Positions 25,591 to 33,041 of a DNA stretch of 35,214 nt are shown here, one piece after another. Below the pieces are notes generated by a model that saw only the letters and a list, made by a program, of their open reading frames with translations, was not told the DNA's origin and did no database searches. Made by a program: the position numbers and the translations under genes. Position 1 is the first letter of the stretch. Each line of letters starts with the position of its first letter. The DNA is from a virus (taxonomy: Duplodnaviria > Caudoviricetes): the IMG/VR virus record IMGVR_UViG_3300020045_007904, positions 1-35,214 of that record; one strand, written 5' to 3'.

Positions 25591-25961
25591 TCTGCAAGAT
25601 TCATTATTGTCGAATGGTCGCGCTTCAACATCTTTCCTATCTTCGGATATGAGTAGCCTTTTTCTCGTAAGAACTTTACGAGTATTTTCCTTTGAAGGAC
25701 AACGTAGTCGTGACGGTCTTGATAGGATAGTCGTTTGCACTCATTCTCAATTCCTTGTCGCTTTATGTAAGCAGGAGTGTATTTCTTTTCAGTGAGACAC
25801 ATCAGACACTTTTCCTTGTCATACAGAAGTTTTGAGTGTTTTTCACATTCGCCAGTCACGTGAAGATAACCTCGTATTGTGTCGGTGCTTCGAAACATAA
25901 TCTCAGCTATTGCCTTGACTGAGTGTGTCTGTCGGAGTTCTTGAATGTATTTGTAGTCCAT
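25587..25961 (-). CDS. DNA-binding protein with N-terminal HTH, Cys/His linker and DnaA domain-IV-like C-terminal HTH
   Basis: GYSYPKIGKMLKRDHSTIMN resembles the DnaA signature SLPEIGxxFGGRDHTTV; N-terminal SVKAIAEIMFRSTDTIRGYL HTH; CEKH...CLMC. Confidence 0.7.
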   Translation of the reverse strand: MDYKYIQELRQTHSVKAIAEIMFRSTDTIRGYLHVTGECEKHSKLLYDKEKCLMCLTEKKYTPAYIKRQGIENECKRLSYQDRHDYVVLQRKILVKFLREKGYSYPKIGKMLKRDHSTIMNLAE

Positions 25962-26205
25962 TTTTACGTCTTAGAATGTTAGTAAGTGTCGCCCCTTTTG
26001 AGTATTTATCTGGAAGAGTTTCAAGGTCTTTTAAGATACCTATTATCTCGGTATACGAAACCTTTCCTATCATTTTCAACCAGTAACCGAATGAACGAGA
26101 ATCTTCACCTAAGCACTTTTTAATCTCAACTACGGACGCTGATTTCTCGTGCGGTGCTCCTCTTTTTACTTCAAACGTCTTAGTCAAAAGACTGATATGT
26201 TCCAT
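25903..26205 (-). CDS. Hypothetical protein (replication-region position)
   Basis: 100-aa ORF preceded by a DnaA box. Confidence 0.6.
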   Translation of the reverse strand: MEHISLLTKTFEVKRGAPHEKSASVVEIKKCLGEDSRSFGYWLKMIGKVSYTEIIGILKDLETLPDKYSKGATLTNILRRKNGLQIHSRTPTDTLSQGNS

Positions 26206-26233
26206 ACTAGCATAGTTTGTTATCTTTTAACAG

Positions 26234-26247
26234 TGTGGTTATCCACA
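26234..26247. promoter_or_regulatory. DnaA box inside the palindrome TGTGG-TTAT-CCACA
   Basis: TTATCCACA at 26239-26247 in an intergenic gap. Confidence 0.6.
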
Positions 26248-26261
26248 GTTATCTTTCAGAT

Positions 26262-26657
26262 TTAATGAAGAGTTCCTGCTAATCCATTTTCTCTTATAAA
26301 TCGATTAGATTTTGTCTGCATATTTTTTTTCGTCTTTTCCCTAAAATGAAATAACTTATGACAAGAGGAACAAAGAGCGACAAAATCGTTATCGTGTAAA
26401 CCTAAGTAGCGACCATTTTTAGGGTATTTCTTATGGTGAAGATGTATACCATTCAATGAACGACATCTAGCACACTGTTTTCTATGACGTGAGTACCAAT
26501 CTTCTTTTTGTATTTTCCACCAGACACCCTTAATGAAGTCCTTGTACTGGAACTTAATTCTACGTTCTTCTTTTGAGAAACAATTACGATTAGATTTCAT
26601 AAGTATAACTAAGATAGGAAAACTTTGTTTTTTGAGTACAGGAGGGGTAAAAGCCAT
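26262..26657 (-). CDS. HNH endonuclease
   Basis: CARC...IHLHHKKY...VALCSSCHKLFH. Confidence 0.85.
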   Translation of the reverse strand: MAFTPPVLKKQSFPILVILMKSNRNCFSKEERRIKFQYKDFIKGVWWKIQKEDWYSRHRKQCARCRSLNGIHLHHKKYPKNGRYLGLHDNDFVALCSSCHKLFHFREKTKKNMQTKSNRFIRENGLAGTLH

Positions 26658-26927
26658 CTCTTGATGACTTGACTTTAAGAAGCGAAAATCCCGTTTTCTC
26701 TCGGCACTTCTTCTGCTCCGCTATCGCGAAAGGTTCAGTCCGTACGGCTGTCGCGTATGTTCGCCTCCCCAGAGCATTTCAAGCAAGGAGGACGTTGACT
26801 ACTTTGTTTTCCGAGTTAGCTGGTTCCTGCCAGTCACATCAGGTATAAAGTGTCCTACTGTTTAAGGTGGCTTCCAGAGGTGGCTTGCAATAGGTTCGCC
26901 CCGCCATTTCCTCCAGTATTACAACGG

Positions 26928-27082
26928 AAAAACCGACCCCAACTTAATGGGTATCGGTTTGACCTGCACCGTCAAATGCAACGTAAGCACCAAAGGGAAT
27001 ATATGCTCCTTTGATACACACCAAGCATTTTACATTTGACGGTAACATAAAGCAATAGTACACCCCTCACCGTTCTTTGCAA
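26928..27082 (-). ncRNA. Promoter, long-hairpin RNA and terminator
   Basis: TTGCAA-16 nt-TACTAT; 14-bp stem 26968-26981/27030-27043; terminator AAACCGATACCCA-TTAAGT-TGGGGTCGGTTTTT. Confidence 0.55.
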
Positions 27083-27588
27083 GTGGATAATGTGTTGATA
27101 ACTTCTTGAAGTAGTAGTGGCTGGTAATTATAAAGTTCTGGAGCGATATCAATATGATATCCCTCAACAATTTCAACCCCTCCTTCCTCGTGTCTGTGAT
27201 TATTTCCGTGTAGATGTCCGTGAATGTTTAGATTGTAGTCTGCTTTAGGAAGTGGGTAGTGGGAAAACAGTATTTTCTTTCCAAAGTAATGTCCCGAAAA
27301 CTCATCACACACAAAGTCCCAACCGTGTTTTAAGTACCAACTATCGCTCTTGCTGTCGTGGTTCCCTCGTAGAAGAATCTTTTTCATTCCAACTGGAATC
27401 CTAGACATAAAGGCTTTGTGCCAGTCTTCGTCTTTACCGATACACACATCTCCAAGATGAATGATAATGTCCCCTTGAACCTTGCGTAGATTTTCAAGAA
27501 GCAGGTCGGTAAAGTTAGTTGGTCGCCCTGAAAGCTCAACCAACTTATCGTGTCCAAAATGTGTGTCGCTGATAATCCAGATTTTCAT
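27067..27588 (-). CDS. Calcineurin-like metallophosphoesterase
   Basis: SDTHFGH, HLGD, GNHD, SHYP, HGHLH motifs; start re-called at ATG 27588. Confidence 0.93.
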   Translation of the reverse strand: MKIWIISDTHFGHDKLVELSGRPTNFTDLLLENLRKVQGDIIIHLGDVCIGKDEDWHKAFMSRIPVGMKKILLRGNHDSKSDSWYLKHGWDFVCDEFSGHYFGKKILFSHYPLPKADYNLNIHGHLHGNNHRHEEGGVEIVEGYHIDIAPELYNYQPLLLQEVINTLSTCKER

Positions 27589-27589
27589 A

Positions 27590-28291
27590 TTATTTAGTGC
27601 TATTCCATTCCATCTCAAGTTTGCTTTCAAATTTCTTTTTATTGTTTGTCCCTATAACGTCTCGACTTCTATGACACGAGCGACATAGTTCATCGTAGTC
27701 TGAAATATCTCTAGTGTATTCGTGCCCTATTTTCAACGCTCGTTCAGTGTAAGTTTCTTTTTTACATTTGTCGCATATTCCTTTTTTGGGAAAATGACTT
27801 TTAAGATACGAATGTAAATTAACATAACCTACTTTGTCTCCTTTCCAGTTAGGATGTTCCGCCCCTTTAAGCAGACTCGGGGGAATTGCTCTACGCATTT
27901 CCTCTGTCCACGGCTTCCCCTTTTTAGCCCTGCTCATATTTTTACAAGCAGTCAAGGACTTTTTCTTTCCCAATAAAGCTCGTGAGATGTTACGCCTACC
28001 TTCTTCTGACATGGGTTTTACTTTGTAACCGCTCAAACCATCATTCCAAGTTTTACCACCTCTTTTGTAGAACAGTCTTACCGATTTACTCATATTCTTC
28101 CTAGATTCTTCGGTGTGTTTTCTCCCCGTATTTGCAAGAGATATTTTTCTCCTAGTTTCTTCTGAAACAGAATGCCCTAATTTGTCTTTTGACAAAGTAA
28201 CTCCGTAGCACTTCCTTGAACAGTGAATACTATTGTTAGACAGATAACCTAAAAATACTTTTTTACAACTCTTACAGGTTAGTTTTATCAT
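27590..28291 (-). CDS. NUMOD3 homing endonuclease-like protein
   Basis: CKSC...HCSRKC; VSEETRRKISLANTGRKHTEESRKNMS; HPNWKGDKVGY; CDKC...LCRSCH. Confidence 0.85.
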   Translation of the reverse strand: MIKLTCKSCKKVFLGYLSNNSIHCSRKCYGVTLSKDKLGHSVSEETRRKISLANTGRKHTEESRKNMSKSVRLFYKRGGKTWNDGLSGYKVKPMSEEGRRNISRALLGKKKSLTACKNMSRAKKGKPWTEEMRRAIPPSLLKGAEHPNWKGDKVGYVNLHSYLKSHFPKKGICDKCKKETYTERALKIGHEYTRDISDYDELCRSCHRSRDVIGTNNKKKFESKLEMEWNSTK

Positions 28292-28297
28292 TTATCT

Positions 28298-28326
28298 ATT
28301 CTACTAGAGAACCTCTTTAGTATCAA
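28298..28326 (-). promoter_or_regulatory. Leaderless promoter of the endonuclease gene
   Basis: TTGATA-17 nt-TAGAAT-6 nt-ATG. Confidence 0.6.
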
Positions 28327-28685
28327 GTGCGCTGAAACTCTTGTTCGATGAGTCCACGAAATCGCTTCAAGATTTTTATTTGCTCCTCCGCTAAATCGTA
28401 AATCATCTGCAGTTTCTTCCAATCCAGGTACTCCCTAGATGCCCTCGCTATGGCCTCCGCCTTCGTATTAGGCGCACCATTCGCCATTTCCCGTACTATC
28501 ACCTGTCTGTACGCCATTTCACGCTCTAGGAGCGGTGTAATGAGGAACGCCAGAGAGCTTATTAGAGTCTCAACGTCCCCGAACATTCCGTGAAAGTCCC
28601 CTATCTCCGTCTTGTCCTTTGCTTCACGGAGGATAGTGTAGATGGTTCTAGCCTCTTGGTTGATGATGTCTTTGTTGTCGGTCAT
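28323..28685 (-). CDS. Helical hypothetical protein (possible recombination mediator)
   Basis: 120 aa, all-helical, in the recombination module; function is inference only. Confidence 0.6.
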   Translation of the reverse strand: MTDNKDIINQEARTIYTILREAKDKTEIGDFHGMFGDVETLISSLAFLITPLLEREMAYRQVIVREMANGAPNTKAEAIARASREYLDWKKLQMIYDLAEEQIKILKRFRGLIEQEFQRT

Positions 28686-28879
28686 GGTTTTAACATACTA
28701 TAGGTAGTGTGAGTGTGTTTGAAAGGAGTAGGACAACCCTTTTTCGGACACCTCCAGCCTTTCGGTGTAGGTACCGTAATGTGATTAGTTCCGTCATCGC
28801 ACTTCAAATCACCGAAACCTAAATGAAGAATTGCGTCCCAATATTCTGCACCTATATCTTTAGGTTTAATTTTCCTCAT
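28682..28879 (-). CDS. Small Cys/His protein
   Basis: ATGA-coupled start at 28879; CPKKGCPTPFKHTH. Confidence 0.55.
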   Translation of the reverse strand: MRKIKPKDIGAEYWDAILHLGFGDLKCDDGTNHITVPTPKGWRCPKKGCPTPFKHTHTTYSMLKP

Positions 28880-29124
28880 ATAACGAATTTCTTTTGAGTA
28901 GTAAGGTGATTGAGGTAAAACACGAGGTGAGGACAATTTTCTAACGTGAAGATGTTACTACCGTCATTGGTCTGTACTTTAACCTGTTCGTAACACTCCG
29001 CTCGTCCCATATTCACGATGTGTAGTTTGAGCGCACGTTTGAGGAACTTCTTTTTACAGACGGGGCAGATAGGACAGTCGTTCCGCCAAAATTCGTCCTT
29101 GATAGGTTTTACAAATCTTTTCAT
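28876..29124 (-). CDS. Small zinc-finger protein
   Basis: CPVCKKKFLKRALKLH (C2H2-like). Confidence 0.6.
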   Translation of the reverse strand: MKRFVKPIKDEFWRNDCPICPVCKKKFLKRALKLHIVNMGRAECYEQVKVQTNDGSNIFTLENCPHLVFYLNHLTTQKKFVI

Positions 29125-29300
29125 GGCCTAAAACTACTAATAAGACACCACACTTCACTTAGCTTGTATTTCCTTCGCTTGGTTGGGGTGAAATGGGGTA
29201 TTTCCCGTGTTTCTTCACGTCTAGCCCACTCCACCATTGATTCACGGTCTACACGGGCTTGTATCGCCATTTGAACACTCCACGGAGGAAGGTTAGTCAT
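29121..29300 (-). CDS. Hypothetical protein
   Basis: ATG 29300 (MTNLPPWS...), coupled to neighbours. Confidence 0.5.
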   Translation of the reverse strand: MTNLPPWSVQMAIQARVDRESMVEWARREETREIPHFTPTKRRKYKLSEVWCLISSFRP

Positions 29301-29739
29301 TGTGAACGTCTTGAGCGTCTGGCGGTAGGTCAAAGTTCGGAAACTCGGAACCGTCGGATAAACGGTCTAACCTCTTCTGTCCAGTCAGATGTTCTCGGAT
29401 TTCACTTATCGTAAAGTTCAAACGTCCGAGCTTGGTGAGAATTTCAGAATGTTCCTTACGGAGAATCTCAAAGTTTTCTGGTGAAATTCCACCTGCTGAT
29501 TTAGGTTCAGACTTTTGCATTTCAAAGTTGTAATACGTCTTATCGTCCTTGACTACTTCTTCCACCTTGAGTACCTCCACCTCCTGTCCTACGTCCCAAC
29601 TCTTGTTTGAGCTGTTTCCGAATCCCGACAGATATTTATCACCGTATTCTTTAGCCTTGATTGAAAGCGAGGTAAACGGTTTTCCATTTCGTGAAGATGT
29701 TCGTTCAGTACGTTTTACGAATGTGAGATTTAATTTCAT
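29293..29739 (-). CDS. Putative single-stranded DNA-binding (OB-fold) protein
   Basis: Beta-rich N-terminal domain (GKPFTSLSIK...SGF...WDVGQEVEV), acidic C-terminal tail, near the exonuclease. Confidence 0.55.
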   Translation of the reverse strand: MKLNLTFVKRTERTSSRNGKPFTSLSIKAKEYGDKYLSGFGNSSNKSWDVGQEVEVLKVEEVVKDDKTYYNFEMQKSEPKSAGGISPENFEILRKEHSEILTKLGRLNFTISEIREHLTGQKRLDRLSDGSEFPNFDLPPDAQDVHND

Positions 29740-29987
29740 TTTAGTTTTCGGCGCTTAATTTCTCTAATAATACTTTCGTAGTCAAAATAATATTCAACCT
29801 CTTTTCCTTTCAATTCTTCCTCGTAATACCACATATCGTCTATATCCCAACCTCCACCTCCGTGCATAACAGTAATACCATTCTTTGCTTTTTTCTTAAT
29901 AAGTTTCGCTATATTAAGCAAATGGCTATCTTCAAGATTGCGTATCGGGATTTCCGTTCCGTCCTTTGTTGTCCATATTTTACTCAT
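29736..29987 (-). CDS. Hypothetical protein
   Basis: WTTKDGTEIPIRNLEDSHLLNI motif; 83 aa. Confidence 0.7.
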   Translation of the reverse strand: MSKIWTTKDGTEIPIRNLEDSHLLNIAKLIKKKAKNGITVMHGGGGWDIDDMWYYEEELKGKEVEYYFDYESIIREIKRRKLK

Positions 29988-29988
29988 T

Positions 29989-30777
29989 TTATTTCATTGC
30001 TTCTAACTTTTTTAATAATGTGAGTGCGGCCAGAAACGCTTCCTTGTTTCCTGACATATCATAGCTGTACTTCGCTTCGGGCTTTGACGCTCCGAACGGA
30101 AACACAACCACGTAATCGACCTTTGGTATATCAAGAATCTTGTCACCTTCGGGCGTGTGCGCTCCGTTTTCCTCTAACTGCATAGCGTATCCAGTAGCCT
30201 GCCAGAATTGAGTCGGATAGGCTTCCTTTGAGCTTTTAAAGTCTACAACTGCGATTTTCCCGTCTCTGTCCTCAACGACACAGTCCACGATTCCTCCTAA
30301 CCATAGAAACTCGGAGTAACAGTGTGCTTCGGTTAAGAGGATAGTCTTGACATTCTGTTTACACCACTTGGCGAAGATTTCAACTGACGGGTGTTCGTAT
30401 TTTTCCATCTCTCGAGGTTGTCCGTGTTGGTCTTCTATAACGAACTTTGAGTAGTTCTCAAGAGTTTCGTGCATATCCGTCCCTACGACTGCACTATCCT
30501 TTAACTTCACAGAATGCGCCCTGTACGCTTTATCCAGTAACTTCATATAACCCATCACGTTTAGCATTTTAATCGCTGACAGTGCGGTTTCAGCCGTTTG
30601 GCGGCACGTTTCGGGTGGTGTTGTCTTTGGATTTAACCAACCCATAACCTCACAAGCTTTTCCTGAAGCCCACCACGTGAGAGGTTTAGCTAGAACGTCT
30701 CCGACTCGTGACGTGCCGATAAGAGGTTTTCCGTCTAGAGTGTGGACGTGATGTTTAGAATCGAAGTGGTATCTCAT
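29989..30777 (-). CDS. PD-(D/E)xK exonuclease (lambda-exo/RecB-like)
   Basis: GTDMH, E...GGIVD...VVDFKSS...QATGY; start re-called at ATG 30777. Confidence 0.88.
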   Translation of the reverse strand: MRYHFDSKHHVHTLDGKPLIGTSRVGDVLAKPLTWWASGKACEVMGWLNPKTTPPETCRQTAETALSAIKMLNVMGYMKLLDKAYRAHSVKLKDSAVVGTDMHETLENYSKFVIEDQHGQPREMEKYEHPSVEIFAKWCKQNVKTILLTEAHCYSEFLWLGGIVDCVVEDRDGKIAVVDFKSSKEAYPTQFWQATGYAMQLEENGAHTPEGDKILDIPKVDYVVVFPFGASKPEAKYSYDMSGNKEAFLAALTLLKKLEAMK

Positions 30778-31259
30778 TATCTTTTGACTAGAATTAACTC
30801 TATTTCTTTTCCAAGTTTCTTGGACTTTACAGATTGGATTTTGAATCCTACTGTGTTCGCCCATAAGATAATAAGAGCTTTGGTAAACAACTGATAGTGA
30901 AGTCCTCGTTCCTTTTTCCACGGAGTAGACATCCACCAGTTCCAGAACCTCATAACGTCCATACATAATCCGATAATCCTGAATGGAAAGTACGAACCAC
31001 TAGGGACGACAAGTCGCATTGTTCCGTAATAATCTAAACATCTGTAACACTCCTTCAAGACGTAATATGCGTTAGGAAAATGTTCAAGGCTATTATCGCT
31101 GTTTATGAAGTCGAGCTGTTCGTCTTTAAAGGGTAATCCTTCGTTACAATCGTGAACCAAATCAGGGTTATACTTTTTTGAGATGTCTATTCCGTAGCAG
31201 TCTTTGTACTTTTGTTCAGGACTACCGCAACCTATGTCAATTTTTGTTATTAATGGCAT
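30777..31259 (-). CDS. Class I SAM-dependent methyltransferase
   Basis: KIDIGCGS, GIDI, LPFKDEQLDFI, SLEHF, ECYRCL..YG motifs. Confidence 0.88.
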   Translation of the reverse strand: MPLITKIDIGCGSPEQKYKDCYGIDISKKYNPDLVHDCNEGLPFKDEQLDFINSDNSLEHFPNAYYVLKECYRCLDYYGTMRLVVPSGSYFPFRIIGLCMDVMRFWNWWMSTPWKKERGLHYQLFTKALIILWANTVGFKIQSVKSKKLGKEIELILVKR

Positions 31260-31422
31260 ATTCTTTTCTTAGAGTGTCTAATCTTCGTTCTATCGACCCT
31301 AGTTCTTCAATTGCTCGTTCTATGTTACCTACTTCAAACTCAAACTTTTGATATTCTTCTTCGGGAACTTGATAGTATATCGAGCAGTGAATGGTTTTAA
31401 CTTCAAAAGGGTTAGAATCCAT
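31237..31422 (-). CDS. Hypothetical protein
   Basis: 61 aa, overlapping neighbours. Confidence 0.55.
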   Translation of the reverse strand: MDSNPFEVKTIHCSIYYQVPEEEYQKFEFEVGNIERAIEELGSIERRLDTLRKEYAINNKN

Positions 31423-31624
31423 ATTGGCAATTAGCTGGTAAATATACTTTCTTAGTCTCGAAACAACCGTCCTCGCTCGGGTGTCCTAACTCCTCAAAAG
31501 AAAATACAAACGCACCTTTTTCGTCCTCTAACACGTCCTCTCGTGTTGCACCGATATCAGATAGAAACTGTTCTCGGTTTTCTTGAACTGTTTCTTGAAA
31601 TAGTTCGTTAATCTTGTTTGACAT
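31412..31624 (-). CDS. Acidic hypothetical protein, first gene of the presumed early operon
   Basis: Start re-called at ATG 31624 (MSNKINELFQE), downstream of a promoter. Confidence 0.6.
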   Translation of the reverse strand: MSNKINELFQETVQENREQFLSDIGATREDVLEDEKGAFVFSFEELGHPSEDGCFETKKVYLPANCQYGF

Positions 31625-31650
31625 AATAATTGTTAGTGAATAATGAATGG

Positions 31651-31694
31651 ATAATAAACCCATTCGTATTTGAATGCAAGGATAGTTATCCACA
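31651..31694 (-). promoter_or_regulatory. DnaA box plus promoter of the recombination operon
   Basis: TGTGGATAA-6 nt-TTGCAT-17 nt-TATTAT. Confidence 0.7.
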
Positions 31695-31726
31695 TATCAG
31701 ATTACATAACGATTATCAGATAAAGT

Positions 31727-31753
31727 AAAAAGCGCACAGACTGGCCGTGCGCT
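31727..31753 (-). terminator. Intrinsic terminator
   Basis: AGCGCACGG-CCAGT-CTGTGCGCT followed by TTTT. Confidence 0.75.
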
Positions 31754-31768
31754 CGCTCATTCAGAGCG

Positions 31769-31786
31769 TTAGTTGTTGTTATTCAT
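31769..31786 (-). other. SD-led minigene MNNNN*
   Basis: GAAAGGAG-TCT-ATG AAT AAC AAC AAC TAA. Confidence 0.45.
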
Positions 31787-31843
31787 AGACTCCTTTCGTG
31801 TTAAAAAGTTGGAACGGTTCATATAAAATCGTAGCATTGAAAT

Positions 31844-31877
31844 AAAGGGAGAGCAAGGGTAGACCATGCTCTCTTTT
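31844..31877 (-). terminator. Hairpin/terminator after the HNH-like gene
   Basis: AAAAGAGAGCA...TGCTCTCCCTTT followed by ATTT. Confidence 0.5.
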
Positions 31878-31878
31878 G

Positions 31879-32154
31879 TTATCTTCGGACACAGATAAAC
31901 TTGAAGTCTGGGTCGAGATATTTCTCGTTAAGGACACAGGCAATCGTCTCGGGCGACATATTGCTCACTATGGCGTGCCAGGCCTGGTGTTGGTAATGCG
32001 GAATGTGAGAGATGTTGCTCTCGTCGCTTGTCCCTCCTAGGCTCCGTGGCTTCCTGTGGTGCTTTGTAAGGTGATGAGCGTGCGATTCGTAGTGCCGAAC
32101 CCGTAAGAATCGTTTGCGTTGCTTACGGAGGTGTTTACGCTCTTTACGGCTCAT
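31879..32154 (-). CDS. Minimal His-rich HNH-like protein
   Basis: TKHHRKPRSLGGTSDESNISHIPHYQHQAWH; strong SD AAGGAGG. Confidence 0.7.
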   Translation of the reverse strand: MSRKERKHLRKQRKRFLRVRHYESHAHHLTKHHRKPRSLGGTSDESNISHIPHYQHQAWHAIVSNMSPETIACVLNEKYLDPDFKFICVRR

Positions 32155-32156
32155 GG

Positions 32157-32321
32157 CTACCTCCTTTTAAACTTGTTGCGTTTCTGAGCTTTGAGGGATT
32201 CCTCAAGAATAAAGTGAGCGATACAGCCCCGATTACAGAAGAATTTGTTTCGGAACTTGAACGCCATATCCTTCACGATTGGGAACCGACATTTGGTCGA
32301 ACTGCAACGAACGATTTTCAT
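32157..32321 (-). CDS. 54-aa TRASH/MYM-like zinc-finger peptide
   Basis: Manual translation MKIVRCSSTKCRFP...KFFCNRGCIAHF; ATGA overlap. Confidence 0.6.
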   Translation of the reverse strand: MKIVRCSSTKCRFPIVKDMAFKFRNKFFCNRGCIAHFILEESLKAQKRNKFKRR

Positions 32322-32509
32322 TTGAAGCAGATGGCAGGTTGTTGGAGTGCAGGGGTTTCGATGATTCGGTAGAACTTATCAAAGCATTTCTGGCAACAGA
32401 AATACTGAAAGCCGAGGCGTTTTGCTGTGCCGTTAAGCACCCACGTTATCGGGAAGTAGGTCTTACATTCCTGACACATTTTGTGCCCTTGAGGTATCTC
32501 ACTCGTCAT
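32318..32509 (-). CDS. 63-aa TRASH/MYM-like zinc-finger peptide
   Basis: CQEC...YFCCQKCFDKF; SD GAAAGGA. Confidence 0.65.
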   Translation of the reverse strand: MTSEIPQGHKMCQECKTYFPITWVLNGTAKRLGFQYFCCQKCFDKFYRIIETPALQQPAICFK

Positions 32510-32666
32510 ACTGATTCCTTTCTTGTTCTGTTGGTACTAGGGGTTTGAACTTAATGAGGCTAACGTACTCCTCATAGCATTTGTTGTCGCAGAACCATTG
32601 ACCGAGATGCATCATCTCAGACGCTGGCTTGATTTTTTTGCAGTTGGCACAGATAACTACATGCAT
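32499..32666 (-). CDS. 55-aa TRASH/MYM-like zinc-finger peptide
   Basis: Manual translation MHVVICANCKK...WFCDNKCYEEY; SD GAAAGGA. Confidence 0.65.
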   Translation of the reverse strand: MHVVICANCKKIKPASEMMHLGQWFCDNKCYEEYVSLIKFKPLVPTEQERNQYDE

Positions 32667-32693
32667 AGTGTGTCCTTTCTTTAGTTGTCAAAA

Positions 32694-32782
32694 AACTCTC
32701 TTGCCTCCCCTTCATGCAGTACATCTGCGGTGTGGGGTATTAACACATACCCTGTGAAGTTAAGAGGAGAGGCGACGGAGTT
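32694..32782 (-). ncRNA. Multi-stem structured RNA element
   Basis: Outer stems AACTC/GAGTT and GCCTCTCC/GGGGAGGC enclose hairpins GGGTAT/ATACCC and GCAG/CTGC. Confidence 0.5.
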
Positions 32783-32783
32783 C

Positions 32784-33011
32784 TTATGCAACAGCTTCGG
32801 GGGTTGAAGGCTCTGTAGGAACAGTCTCTTCCGTTGTTTCGTGTTTCATGAGTTTGAAACTACTAGTAACCTCTTTGTCTATTTCTCGGATAAAATTCCG
32901 TATAGCATTAAGTGCAGTTCCTCCGCACTTTCCTTCTCGTTCCGCCACAGTCCACACTCCTTTGTTACTGTATTCAGTGAATTGCTTGTCAAATTTTTCT
33001 AGGTAACTCAT
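32784..33011 (-). CDS. Hypothetical protein
   Basis: 75-aa ORF after the holin. Confidence 0.6.
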   Translation of the reverse strand: MSYLEKFDKQFTEYSNKGVWTVAEREGKCGGTALNAIRNFIREIDKEVTSSFKLMKHETTEETVPTEPSTPEAVA

Positions 33012-33041
33012 ATGAGTATTTTCTCTGTTGTTAACTGATAA

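Noticed and set aside
23835-27060. CRISPR array in the non-coding gaps
   Set aside because: No regularly spaced direct repeats are visible.
23823-27090. DnaA boxes as an oriC-like cluster
   Set aside because: The boxes are single, about 1 kb or more apart and tied to promoter geometry; I saw no clustered array with an unwinding element.
29989-30777. Cas4 call
   Set aside because: It lacks the four-Cys Fe-S pattern and any CRISPR context; it fits an ordinary phage exonuclease.
5569-30966. Longest-ORF starts at 6021, 15261, 20134, 23213, 25740, 27630 and 30966
   Set aside because: They overlap upstream genes extensively; downstream coupled starts match the domain boundaries better.
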